Positions 20,476 through 30,624 of a DNA stretch of 64,000 bases are shown one piece after another. The translations under genes were made by a program, and so were the position numbers. A model generated the notes under the pieces. It did no database searches. It was not told the DNA's origin and was given only the letters and a program-made list of their open reading frames with translations. Each line of letters opens with the position of its first letter. The first letter of the stretch is position 1. Origin of the DNA: Desulfatiglandales bacterium (GTDB lineage Bacteria; Desulfobacterota; DSM-4660; Desulfatiglandales; HGW-15); contig CAXXJJ010000001.1 of assembly GCA_963667015.2 (NCBI GenBank), positions 1,856,001 to 1,920,000 of the forward strand, given 5' to 3'.

Positions 20476-21210
20476 ATGAAAGTAAAAATATCCACTGTAA
20501 GATTTTATCTGTTTTTTGTTTTCTGTTTTATTTTCTCAATTACCCTGTACGGCTGTCTGGATAAGGATCAAAATTATCCAGGAGAAAATCCTGGTAAAGA
20601 GAGTTCTATCTCAGAAGGTGACTGGACTTATACCAGAACTGTTACAAATCCGGGCACGCGCAGTGAAGGTTCTATCGGCCGGCTGTTTTATAAGAACAGG
20701 CCTGTACCGGCACCGGAAAATTTATCCGACTATTATGACACCCCCATAGGCCTGTTTTACTATGCGGGAACAAAGGGCAATCCATGGGATGATAAAGGAT
20801 GGATTTTGGGACTAAAGGGAGAAACTCCTGCAGGAAAGGCCATGGAATATCCCGATGAAAAAACATCCCCCGCGGATCAAACAAAACAACACATGGAAGA
20901 GATAATTAAAAAATTAAGCAAAAAGGTGTCCCGGCCGGGAGTTTTTGATGAGATGGAAACTGAGAATTTTATAAAGGAACTGGACCCCTGGGGAAATGCC
21001 TACAGTATTTATTTTGACAGAAGGGGAGGCGAGGGGGCCGGTGAAGTATTCCGGTTAATTCTTAAAAGCGCCGGCCCTGACAAACAGTTCAACAGTAAAG
21101 ATGACATCGAGTGTGGTTCCGGTTTTTTTCCTGTCCCCGGCGCTCAAAATTTAATTGGACCTGATGACATGCTGCCGGAGACCGGCCCGGTTACTGAAGA
21201 ACCCTCCTGA
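20476..21210 (+). CDS. Lipoprotein with C-terminal GspG-like (DPWG) domain
   Basis: Lipobox LYGC; LDPWGNAY...LKSAGPDKQFNSKDDI. Confidence 0.65.
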   Translation: MKVKISTVRFYLFFVFCFIFSITLYGCLDKDQNYPGENPGKESSISEGDWTYTRTVTNPGTRSEGSIGRLFYKNRPVPAPENLSDYYDTPIGLFYYAGTKGNPWDDKGWILGLKGETPAGKAMEYPDEKTSPADQTKQHMEEIIKKLSKKVSRPGVFDEMETENFIKELDPWGNAYSIYFDRRGGEGAGEVFRLILKSAGPDKQFNSKDDIECGSGFFPVPGAQNLIGPDDMLPETGPVTEEPS

Positions 21211-21219
21211 TATATCAGA

Positions 21220-22125
21220 TCAAATAGAGTCTTTGCCTGTAAGATCCACAGCGGAACCATTCCCTGGTTTTTCTTTATAAAGCCTTTCCACTTCATCCCG
21301 GGACAGTCCCCTGTTAAATATCATGACATCATCAATCTTTCCGGACCATGGGAAATAATTACTTCCATCATAGCCGTTACCAATGGAAAGATACCTGTCT
21401 GTGTGACTGATCGTTGCCTTGGTATTATTTTTTGCTTCAAGTTCCCCATTATAATACATTCGGAGTTCTTCGCCATCGTATGTGACACAGATATGCTGCC
21501 AGTCATTGGTCAGTTTGGAGGTTGTCTGTACCCATAAAGTCTTTTTATCAGTTGACCAGGAATCAAGTGCGATGGTTTTTTCTTTATGGTTATAGATTAA
21601 CGCATAACCTTTTTTTTGATTGAAGTTGTATTTATCAATAATTCTGGCCCAGAGTTTTGGATTATCACCCTTAACCCATGCGGCTAATGTAAACATTTTG
21701 AAATGCTGTCCCGGCTGGTCCTCGATTTTAACATACTGGGATTTATTTCCTGTGCAGTTCAATGCCTGATTCGGTTGATTGAATCGATCTTCTGTAAATC
21801 CAATGCCTCCGACTGAAGCACCATTGTTATTATTTTTGCTTGAATCTTTGAGGTTACCATCAAACCGGTATTCAGCGATAATGCCATTTTCTCCTTCAGG
21901 CTCAACAGCAGCCGGAGCCCCTGTGCCCCGGCCGATACAGGCTGACTGGATATCTGCCCTGGGAATTTTCAGGGTGCCGTATTCTGTTTCTATTTCAAGG
22001 GATGTTTTATCTACAGATGTTATAGTCCCGGACAATGTGTTTCCTTTTTTCAGGATGACCTCGTCCGCCACAGCGCTTGAACATAAAAATAATAAGAGGA
22101 ACAAAGAAGCAATAAGCGATTTCAT
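21220..22125 (-). CDS. Secreted LamG/concanavalin-like domain protein
   Basis: Signal peptide; YRFDGNLKDSS, WQHICVTYDG, GKIDDVMIFNRGLS. Confidence 0.85.
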   Translation of the reverse strand: MKSLIASLFLLLFLCSSAVADEVILKKGNTLSGTITSVDKTSLEIETEYGTLKIPRADIQSACIGRGTGAPAAVEPEGENGIIAEYRFDGNLKDSSKNNNNGASVGGIGFTEDRFNQPNQALNCTGNKSQYVKIEDQPGQHFKMFTLAAWVKGDNPKLWARIIDKYNFNQKKGYALIYNHKEKTIALDSWSTDKKTLWVQTTSKLTNDWQHICVTYDGEELRMYYNGELEAKNNTKATISHTDRYLSIGNGYDGSNYFPWSGKIDDVMIFNRGLSRDEVERLYKEKPGNGSAVDLTGKDSI

Positions 22126-22143
22126 ACTATTATCCTTTCATGA

Positions 22144-25100
22144 TTATCCGTTTACTTTAAGACTTTTTTCCCAGGATTTTCCCTGATAATCCAGTACTCC
22201 TTTTGTAACAGAGGTGTCCAGTATTTTATAAATTCTGACGGGATCACCCTGCCCGGTCATATGGAGTGTTATACTTTTCCCTTTTTCAAATGGAATTACC
22301 ACCACACGTTTTCCTGTTTTGATCATTTCCAGGCTGTCTTTGCCTGCAAAAACAGAATCAGGGATCTTTTTTAACTGGCGGCCTTCCGAATCACTGGCGG
22401 AAACAGTATCAAGACCGGATCGGGTGATCACAATCACACCATATTCATTGCCATAGCCCTGAGATAAAAAGGCCAGAAAATCCAGAGACTGGTCAACAAG
22501 GGTTTTGTTTGATATTTCACCTGCATGGGCCTTTGGAAAAATCAGGTCATCCAGGTAAGCAAAAAGTGATTTCTGAAAAACTGATGGAGAATAAGGACTC
22601 CTGCCGGAAGAGGTCGCATCTGAAATGGCCTGGTCCAGTGCCCATCCTGTAATAGTCTCCACCCAGGAAGCAAGCTTATATGGTTTAGCAAGCCTTAATG
22701 CGAGCTCTGCCTGCCCTGGATGAAGTGCATTCACTGTAGTGCCAAAGGCTTTTGCGGTTTGCTCCTTATAGAAAGCATTCATGGATTTTTTATATCCGGC
22801 TTTCATTGTATCGCCAAGGCCATCTCCGATGATTTTTCCTGCCAGCATCTGTCCTGCTGTGATAATGGCTCCTTTATAATCCCCTGCCCGTGATTTTAAT
22901 GCAATATCGGTGAGGCCGAAACCAAGGCTTCCCTGCGGGGTCAAACCGGCCACTGCCTTGAGGGTAGGCAGCAGAAAATATTCAAGCTCTCCCTGTCGGG
23001 CTGATACCCGGCTGACTTCAAGAGGCGTCAGCTCTTTTGTATGATCCTCGGTAAGGGCATCCCCTTTAAAATTCGGGTCCAGGGTTACTGAGGCATGAAA
23101 CGTTCCCCGCACAAAGGGGACAATGGCCGGAAACATCTGGTCAATGGGGATACCTTCTCCTGAAAGATCTTTACTGACTAAAAGCCACCTGTTATCTTTT
23201 GTTTTTTTAACCGTTCCAAGTACTATATCCCTGGTCAATGAATTTGATTGTTGTTTACTCCGTGTGGACTGTTCAATAAACGTGCTGACTGAAGAAAGTA
23301 ATTCATCTTCGCCGCTGTCAGGACCTGAAAAAACTGCCGGCGGGGAAAAGCCGGTCTGTTCTACTGTTAATTTTGGTTCAATTTGAAAATCGGAAAACAT
23401 TTTTTCAATATCTGCATCCGGGTGAAACCTGTCCCTGATATATACATGAATGGGGATGGTTAAAAATGGCTGGAACGGCGGTTTCCAGGAAACTGCAACC
23501 TCATCTGCCATAAGATCAATGCCAACAGAAAAGGTCAGGGTTCCGGACAGTTCAAGGTCAGGAATTTCAATGCTGACCTGCTCTTCAATGGCTGAATCTG
23601 CCGGCTGGGGACCATCCCAGAAATATGTAATTACATTGTCCGTGCCGGATGTCGCATCAATGGTCAGCTCCTTTCGAGGCATTTCTTCACTTGCAGATAT
23701 AAACCTGCCGTGACCGGAATTATTTTTAATAATGGCTTTATAGACTTTCCCCCAGTCTTTATCCGGGTTCTCAAACCGGAAAGTCAGTTCATTTTTATAA
23801 TCTTTATGTGCGGGAAGAATTGTGTACGCAGGTTTAATCTTGATACTTTCCCCGGCAAAGAGGTCAATATACAGGGTCTCCTGTACATTTAAATCGTCAC
23901 ACCGCACAATTATCTCCGCCCGTGGTACCGGCCCCGGGGGTATATCTTCTTTATCCGGCGCAGTGTAGATTACCTGTGCGCTTCCATTATTATCGGTTAT
24001 TATGGTCCGGTTTGACAGGTTTCCTACAGGCCTGCCATTATATGGTACATTTTTGACAGTTATTGATTTAACCTTTAAGGGAGTCCTGGAACTGTTATTC
24101 CCTGTAGATTTATCAAAAAGGGATATTGTCAAAAGACTTGAACTGCTGCCGTCCGCCTTTAAATTATTGATATCAGCCTTAACCGACAAAAATGCATCAT
24201 CCCGGACACCAAAGGAAGTGCCGGTCATGTCGAGGATATCAAATAAACTTTGTCGGCTCAATGTCCGGGCGGAGTTCCCAAAATCTGAGTAAATTTCCCG
24301 AGGTCCCTGGATATTTAAACCTCTCCCCAAACTAATCATGCCATGGCGAAGTATTTTCAACCGGGTGTCAGACAGCTTTTCTCCCTTCTCCAGCAGGCTT
24401 TTAATTGTATGGAGATAGTGGGCAATTATGTCCATCTCAAGTATTTCCCAATGCGGTGAAAAATCAAGGAGGGCTGTTTTTGATTCAGCTGCATATTCCC
24501 TTAAAGGTATATGCCACCTGTAGATAGACATCATTTCGGGATTATTTTCATAGGAAGAAAACTCTGAACAAAATCCAGGGAACTCAGGATTCATTGACTC
24601 AGGATACTCTTTCATGGCATTGAGCCTGAGCTCCAGATCCCTCTTTTGAGAGTTAAAGGACTTTGGTGAAAAATTTATTGATGTTGAATCTACGAGTTCG
24701 GCAAGGCTCATGTCTGAAAAATCTTTTCCTGAAAGAAATTCCTTTTTAAATTCACTGTAAAAGGCAAGCCAGTCATCCTCAATCTTTTTGGAATATGGAA
24801 GCACCTTTGCCGCAAAATCAATTATTTGTTTTCTCTGAAGTTCATAGAGCTCCTTTTCATTTTTATCATCACCGGATTTGCGCTTTCCGTCATTTTCCTG
24901 AGAAAAAATATAAGACCAGTAATCACCCTGATATCCGTTCCAGAAACCCCCGACTGGTGTATTAAGGGTAAATACCACACGACCCTTTCTAAAGGCCCCC
25001 CTGATCTGATAAAAATGATATGTCCTCGATCCGGTTCTTTTATAATTTTCGGAATGTTCTGTGTATGACCGTTTATATTCACTTAAAAAACCGGCGTCTG

Positions 25101-25560
25101 CCCCGGAAAGAGGTAATGGATTATTTTCCCTTTTAATATCCGTGATGTGGATATCTTTGCTCAGTTTTTCATCCTGGGCCTGAAAGGATTTTTTTAATGA
25201 GACCTCCTCCATTTTATAATACAATTCCAGCGCGGCCTGGGCCTGCTGAGGAGTCGTAAAAACATTAACATTTATATATTTGGGCTTTATCTCCTGTTCA
25301 AAATAAATATCTTTCCACCCACCTTCCAGGCATTCTTCACCATGTTCATCACTCCGTCTGCAATCATACATCCAGACAGGCTGTTTTATTTTCGGGTGGG
25401 TTTGAACAAACATGTATCCATTCCTGAAAAGAGTTTGCCCACTGCTGTCAAGGGGAATATCTTTTGCTGAAACATGAAACGGATTAAGTATAAATGAAAA
25501 AATGAATGCGAGATAAAAAATATAATTAGCGGTCACTGTTTTTTTCTTGTAACTCATCAA
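22144..25560 (-). CDS. Large secreted hypothetical protein with a probable Ig-like (invasin-type) segment
   Basis: 1138-aa ORF, signal peptide; LKADGSSSSLLTISL...TDNNGSAQVIYTAP. Confidence 0.7.
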   Translation of the reverse strand: MMSYKKKTVTANYIFYLAFIFSFILNPFHVSAKDIPLDSSGQTLFRNGYMFVQTHPKIKQPVWMYDCRRSDEHGEECLEGGWKDIYFEQEIKPKYINVNVFTTPQQAQAALELYYKMEEVSLKKSFQAQDEKLSKDIHITDIKRENNPLPLSGADAGFLSEYKRSYTEHSENYKRTGSRTYHFYQIRGAFRKGRVVFTLNTPVGGFWNGYQGDYWSYIFSQENDGKRKSGDDKNEKELYELQRKQIIDFAAKVLPYSKKIEDDWLAFYSEFKKEFLSGKDFSDMSLAELVDSTSINFSPKSFNSQKRDLELRLNAMKEYPESMNPEFPGFCSEFSSYENNPEMMSIYRWHIPLREYAAESKTALLDFSPHWEILEMDIIAHYLHTIKSLLEKGEKLSDTRLKILRHGMISLGRGLNIQGPREIYSDFGNSARTLSRQSLFDILDMTGTSFGVRDDAFLSVKADINNLKADGSSSSLLTISLFDKSTGNNSSRTPLKVKSITVKNVPYNGRPVGNLSNRTIITDNNGSAQVIYTAPDKEDIPPGPVPRAEIIVRCDDLNVQETLYIDLFAGESIKIKPAYTILPAHKDYKNELTFRFENPDKDWGKVYKAIIKNNSGHGRFISASEEMPRKELTIDATSGTDNVITYFWDGPQPADSAIEEQVSIEIPDLELSGTLTFSVGIDLMADEVAVSWKPPFQPFLTIPIHVYIRDRFHPDADIEKMFSDFQIEPKLTVEQTGFSPPAVFSGPDSGEDELLSSVSTFIEQSTRSKQQSNSLTRDIVLGTVKKTKDNRWLLVSKDLSGEGIPIDQMFPAIVPFVRGTFHASVTLDPNFKGDALTEDHTKELTPLEVSRVSARQGELEYFLLPTLKAVAGLTPQGSLGFGLTDIALKSRAGDYKGAIITAGQMLAGKIIGDGLGDTMKAGYKKSMNAFYKEQTAKAFGTTVNALHPGQAELALRLAKPYKLASWVETITGWALDQAISDATSSGRSPYSPSVFQKSLFAYLDDLIFPKAHAGEISNKTLVDQSLDFLAFLSQGYGNEYGVIVITRSGLDTVSASDSEGRQLKKIPDSVFAGKDSLEMIKTGKRVVVIPFEKGKSITLHMTGQGDPVRIYKILDTSVTKGVLDYQGKSWEKSLKVNG

Positions 25561-25870
25561 TATGTCATCCTTATTTTAACAAAGAGGTAACTGTCATTTT
25601 TATTATTAAAAACATGATATTTTATTGTCTCACGACCGTGATTAAGTTCTAGAGTAATACATCGGCTTCGTGTCTTAAATCTTTAACAGCTATCAAATGA
25701 AAACATCGAGGTGTAGAGCAGCCGACAAGGCTGCGGTTCAGCAGTTCATCTTTTTTCCTGACAGTCTTCAGCAGAAAACGCTTCCATGGCACGACGAAGC
25801 TTCAGCGAAGGCGGCAGCCTATTTTTATCCTGACTTTTGATTCCGACATCTGACTTCTATCTTTTCCTTA

Positions 25871-26025
25871 TCCTAACAGCCTTCAGACTAAAAAGCTTCA
25901 GCCTGCTTTTCACACTGACCTCCGATTTCTGATCTCTGGCCTTTTCCTTCTTGAATTATTCCTAAATAAGTTTTAAGAATAGCATGTATCTTTTCGGGTA
26001 TAAAACTTTACTGCCTTACAAGTTT
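25871..26025 (+). repeat. Direct repeat present three times (also ~27038-27177 and ~29321-29429)
   Basis: Shared core ttttccttcttgaattattcctaaataagttttaagaata.catgtatc with upstream tctgacc/tctgatc heptamers. Confidence 0.85.
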
Positions 26026-26078
26026 TGAGCTTATGGATTGTCCCATGTTCCATATAAAAATTAAAGCCAATGTATTTT

Positions 26079-26120
26079 TTGAGTGGAAAAACCACGCAAT
26101 TGAGTGGTATAAACACGCAT
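26079..26120 (+). promoter_or_regulatory. Tandem 21-bp imperfect repeats immediately before the MNT start codon (probable operator)
   Basis: ttgagtggaaaaaccacgcaa / ttgagtggtataaacacgcat. Confidence 0.55.
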
Positions 26121-26121
26121 T

Positions 26122-26730
26122 ATGGATACGCTAAGTCAAATACTTTCATCACGAACACGTGCGGAGATCTTTAAACTCCTCTTTGGAACAAAAGAGGAAG
26201 AACTCCATATTCGGGAAATTGAACGTCGTACTCAACTAAACGACAGTACCATACGTCAGGAATTAAATAAGTTACTGAAGCTTGATCTTGTAATAAGCAG
26301 GAAGGACAGCAACCGTGTCTATTACAGGGCAAATAAAACAAACCCGCTGTACCCCGATATACATAATCTTGTTCTTAAAAGCGCCGGGCTCAGGGATATC
26401 CTTTGGAAAGCCCTTAATAATAAAGAAATTAAAATAGCTTTTGTGTTCGGCTCTATAAGTGAAGGCCGAGAAACGTCCGAAAGTGATGTGGATCTCTTTA
26501 TAATCGGATCACTGGGTATGCGTAAAATCTCATCTTTGCTTTCAGGTACTGCAGGTATAATTGGCAGAGAAATAAACATGCATGCAATATCAGAGAGTGA
26601 AATAATAAAAAGGTACAACAGCAAAGATCATTTTATTAACAGTGTGATAAAATCAAAAAAATTATACATTATCGGAACAGAAGATGACCTTAAAGCAATG
26701 GTCGGAAAACGGCTGGTTGAGAGCTCATAA
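26122..26730 (+). CDS. wHTH-minimal nucleotidyltransferase (MNT) antitoxin
   Basis: N-terminal ArsR-like HTH; FVFGSISEG...SDVDLFIIG (GS-x10-DxD). Confidence 0.88.
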   Translation: MDTLSQILSSRTRAEIFKLLFGTKEEELHIREIERRTQLNDSTIRQELNKLLKLDLVISRKDSNRVYYRANKTNPLYPDIHNLVLKSAGLRDILWKALNNKEIKIAFVFGSISEGRETSESDVDLFIIGSLGMRKISSLLSGTAGIIGREINMHAISESEIIKRYNSKDHFINSVIKSKKLYIIGTEDDLKAMVGKRLVESS

Positions 26731-26958
26731 AACAGGCCCACAGGAAATTGGTAATCTCCTTGCCATTGTGGATCGGGATATCAAAGATGCCTACCAGGGT
26801 GAAATCTCAGCAGACTAGTCTTTTGGAATAGCATATAATGCGGCACTCAAACTATGTACTGTCCTGCTCTATGCCCGGGGTTATAAATCCGAGAGAAGCG
26901 TGGCTTGAAAAAGAGCATCCTGATCTGCAGAACCAAAAGAAACATTTCCCTCAGTAAA
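26684..26958 (+). pseudogene. HEPN-like toxin relic, copy 1 (nonsense codon plus internal deletion)
   Basis: MTLKQW..WSFGIAYNAAL family start; TAG at 26816 where copy 2 has TGG; out-of-frame tail WLEKEHPDL. Confidence 0.7.
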
Positions 26959-27786
26959 CTTTATTGATTATTTAATTCTGTCATTTCGAAGAGTGTCTGA
27001 GAAAATCACTGACCTCTGATCTCTTTTCTTTTCCTTTTCCTAACAGCCTTCAGACTAAAAAGCTTCAGCCTGCTTTTCATTCTGACCTCCGCTCTCTGAT
27101 CTCTGATCTCTGGTCTTTTCCTTCTTGAATTATTCCTAAATAAGTTTTAAGAATAACATGTATCTTTTCGGGTATAATAAAAATCTGCAATAAAGCGCCT
27201 ATACGCTTCATCATATAAAGATTACTAAGTGTATTTTTGTCGTCATTTTTACCCTGTTAAATCCACCAAGTGGGCTGGGAACCAGCATTTAACAGGGTGA
27301 ATCTTGTTAAAGCCGTGTAGCGGAATATGGAGCATTATTTAACAGGGCGAGCCGGGAATCCATTTGTTTTTGAATTATGATGTTGATTTACTGGCAAGAG
27401 TCAAGAGTGGACTTGACCCCTTAAAAAAGCCTTGCTATTACTGCATCTTAAGAGTTATTTACTTTTTTATTGTCGTTCCAGTTCGCAAGATTTTGCTTCA
27501 TCATGTATGGTATTTTTGTCGTCATTCCACGGCGTGACCGTGGAATCCAGTTGTTTTTAATTTGAAATTATTTGGGAACTGTCAAATGTCAAGGGCTGAT
27601 CCCGGTCTACTCATGGATTCTGTGGAATACATATTTTTCATACTTTTAATGTACCATTATTGACGTAACTTCTATTTTCGCCTAATATTTTCCTGCACGT
27701 TTCAAATGTGTTTAGTTTTTTGAAAGGTCGAATGAACTTCAAGCGATATCCGATGCTACTCCCAATCATTCGGCCTTTCGCTTTTT

Positions 27787-27990
27787 TTATTGACCGCCCG
27801 GCCACATAACCACTCTTGAATTATCTTTCCATAAATAGGGCTCTGATTCTGCTTAGTCAGCGTCGCTCCACTCCTGTTTAGTAGGATTCTCCACCGATCC
27901 AAATCTCCTGCATTTACGGCACTCCACCAACAAGCTCCTTGACTGCTGAGTCTTAGAAAATACATACCATTCGTGTTTACATTCTTTCAT
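27787..27990 (-). pseudogene. Small Cys/His (zinc-ribbon-like) protein with an in-frame TAA
   Basis: MKECKHEWYVFS...VECRKC...NPTKQEWSDAD*AESEPYLWKDNSRV; not in the ORF track. Confidence 0.5.
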
Positions 27991-28310
27991 TTTGCCCTAT
28001 TAAATCCCTTAAATTTTCACCTTGAAAATATCTGAAAATGGGTATAGAAAAAAATATCAAATCAAGTTTAACGATTTAATTGCCTTACAAAATTTAAAAC
28101 CTCGATGATTTTAGAAATAAAAATTGATTTTTTATTTCTAAATCGTTCCAATTAATTAGTTCCATTATTTCATATAGTTAGATTTTTATTTATTTTATTT
28201 GCATTCTTTTATTTTTTATTCATCATTCTGTATAACATTCAAAAAGTAATGATATCCAGAACTGGTTAATCACTTGTTAAACAAAAATGACTACTAAAGG
28301 AGGAATCTGC

Positions 28311-28892
28311 ATGAATGTAGTAGCACTTTTTGGCAGTCCTAGAGCAAATGGAAATACAGCAACACTCACTAAAATATTTAACAAAACTGCCGAGGATTTA
28401 GGGGCAAACGTGCAAACCTTTTTTTTGAATAAACTTGATGCTAAAGGATGCCAGGCATGTGACGTCTGTAAAACAAAAACAGATCATTGTGTTATCAAGG
28501 ATGATCTGGCAAAAGTCTTAGAATCTGTAAAAAATGCAGATATCCTGGTCGCAGCAACACCGATTTATTTTGCCGATATTTCTGCCCAGTTTAAAATCTT
28601 TGTTGACCGTTGTTATTCGTATTTAGAACCTTATGAAACAATGCCAGAAGCCAGCCGGTTGAAGGCGGGGAAAAAGTTTGTGCTAATTACCGCTCAGAAC
28701 CGAGAAAAGGATATGTTTGCTGAAGTGTGTACCAAGTACCTCATGTTATTTGAGTTTCTTGGCTTCAAGGAAACACATCTTATCAGAGGGTGCGATCTTT
28801 TGAAAGAAGATGAGATAGAAACAAAAAAACGTCAGGATCTTATTAACCTATCAAAAGAAACGGCAAGGAAGATAGTAAAATTAGCTGTTTAA
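28311..28892 (+). CDS. Flavodoxin family (iron-sulfur flavoprotein-like) protein
   Basis: GSPRANGNT, CQACDVC..C, TPIYF..SAQFKIFVDR; AGGAGG RBS. Confidence 0.88.
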   Translation: MNVVALFGSPRANGNTATLTKIFNKTAEDLGANVQTFFLNKLDAKGCQACDVCKTKTDHCVIKDDLAKVLESVKNADILVAATPIYFADISAQFKIFVDRCYSYLEPYETMPEASRLKAGKKFVLITAQNREKDMFAEVCTKYLMLFEFLGFKETHLIRGCDLLKEDEIETKKRQDLINLSKETARKIVKLAV

Positions 28893-29013
28893 TGAAAAGC
28901 ATAGGGGGCACCCTTGACTGTGACGTTTAGTGCTACCTGTGCAGGTTATACAAGTGTCACAGTCAAGGGCGTACCCTTTAATGGGTGACCCCGGTCTATT
29001 ACAGGAACAGAAG

Positions 29014-29268
29014 ATGACCTTAAAGCAATGGTCGGAAAACGGCTGGTTGAGAGCTCATAAAACAGGCCCACAGGAAATTGGTAATCTCCTTGCCATTGTG
29101 GAGCGGGATATCAAAGATGCCTACCAGGGTGAAATCTCAGCAGACTGGTCTTTTGGAATAGCATATAATGCGGCACTCAAACTATGTACTGTCCTGCTCT
29201 ATGCCCGGGGTTATAAATCCGAGAGAAGCCTGGCTTGAAAAAGAGCATCCTGATCTTTTCCCTCAGTA
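29014..29268 (+). pseudogene. HEPN-like toxin relic, copy 2 (internal deletion)
   Basis: Near-identical to 26674-26925; same deletion junction SERSL|WLEKEHPDL. Confidence 0.7.
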
Positions 29269-29474
29269 AACTTTATTGATTATTTAATTCTGTCATTTCG
29301 AAGAGTATCTGAGAAAATCACTAACCTCCGATCTCTGATCTCTGGGCTTTTCCTTCTTGAATTATTCCTAAATAAGTTTTAAGAATATCATGTATCATTT
29401 CAGGCATAAAGAATTACTGTCTTACAAGTCTTTCAAAATAAATTATTACCAGTTTTAAAATAAAAACCATTATC

Positions 29475-29592
29475 CTATTTTAACAAGAGGGGGAAATGTT
29501 ATTTGATTATTTAAGGACGTCCCCTTTAACTGACTATTTTAACAAGAGGGGGAAATGTTATTTGATTATTTAAGGACGTCCCCTTTAACTGA
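29475..29592 (+). repeat. Exact tandem duplication, 2 x 59 bp
   Basis: ctattttaacaagagggggaaatgttatttgattatttaaggacgtcccctttaactga twice. Confidence 0.9.
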
Positions 29593-29690
29593 GTGGAATT
29601 ATATTTTACATCCAACTAAAATGTGATTTTATTTTTGAGTCATCCCTTAGCAAAAATATCTATAGGCGAAATAAATAACCGAGGTAAAAA

Positions 29691-30623
29691 ATGATCGGAA
29701 AAATCACAAGAGTTCCTCTTCGAGCTGTGTGGAAGCATGAAGCATATGATCTGACACAATGGCTTCAGGACAATATCGATGTCCTAAATGATGTCTTGGA
29801 TTTAAATCTTTCAAACCCCGAGCGGGAACAATCTGCTGGTTCATTCAATATTGACATTGTTGCTGAAGATGATGCCGGAAATCCTGTGATTATTGAGAAC
29901 CAGCTAGAAAAAAGTGACCATGATCATCTTGGCAAAGTCATTACATACTTGGTTGCAATGGGTGCAAAAACAGCTATATGGATAGTATCAAATCCAAGGC
30001 CAGAGCATATAGCCGCCATTACCTGGCTAAATGAATCATCTGTTGCAGATTTCTATTTGCTTAAAATCGAAGCTATTCAAATCGGAGAATCTCCGCCAGC
30101 ACCATTGTTGACTGTTATTGTTGGACCAAGTGAAGAAGGTAAAGAAGTCGGTAAGGCTAAAAAAGAGATGGCTGAGCGTTACACTATCAGAGAAAATTTC
30201 TGGGCGCAGCTATTAGCTTATTCAAAACAAAAAACAAAGCTGCATTCGAATATATCGCCAACTCAGCATAGCTGGCTTGGTACAAGTGCCGGAAAGCCAG
30301 GCTTAGGGTTCAACTATGCAATAAGAAAAAATGAAACACAGGTCGAATTATATATTGATAAAGGAAAAGAGAAGGAAAAGGAAAACAAAAATATATTCGA
30401 CAAGCTATATAATAAGAAAGAAGAGATTGAGAGTGCTTTTGGAGGAAAACTTCTCTGGGAAAGGCTAGAGGGCAAGCGAGCTTGCAGAATAAGTAAAAAG
30501 ATATCAATTGGCGGCTATCGTGATGATGAAGAAAAATGGCCTCAGATTCATAAAGCTATGGTTGAGGCAATGATAAAGCTAGCTGATTCTTTAAAACCCC
30601 ATATAGCAAAACTGAATATATAA
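29691..30623 (+). CDS. DUF4268 domain protein with N-terminal PD-(D/E)xK (NucS-like) nuclease domain
   Basis: LRAVWKHEAYDLTQWL, IDIVAED..IIENQL..SDHDHLGK; C-terminal FGGKLLWERLEGKRACRI. Confidence 0.8.
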   Translation: MIGKITRVPLRAVWKHEAYDLTQWLQDNIDVLNDVLDLNLSNPEREQSAGSFNIDIVAEDDAGNPVIIENQLEKSDHDHLGKVITYLVAMGAKTAIWIVSNPRPEHIAAITWLNESSVADFYLLKIEAIQIGESPPAPLLTVIVGPSEEGKEVGKAKKEMAERYTIRENFWAQLLAYSKQKTKLHSNISPTQHSWLGTSAGKPGLGFNYAIRKNETQVELYIDKGKEKEKENKNIFDKLYNKKEEIESAFGGKLLWERLEGKRACRISKKISIGGYRDDEEKWPQIHKAMVEAMIKLADSLKPHIAKLNI

Positions 30624-30624
30624 A

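Noticed and set aside
27756..27965. 69-aa minus-strand ORF from the track
   Set aside because: An overlapping frame (27990-27787) is more protein-like, so this ORF is probably a shadow.
28930..29013. N-terminal extension of the 102-aa ORF 28930-29238
   Set aside because: It reads through a palindromic repeat; similarity to HEPN copy 1 starts at 29004 and the ATG is at 29014.
29475..29592. Possible CRISPR array
   Set aside because: Only two abutting 59-bp units, with no spacers and no cas genes.
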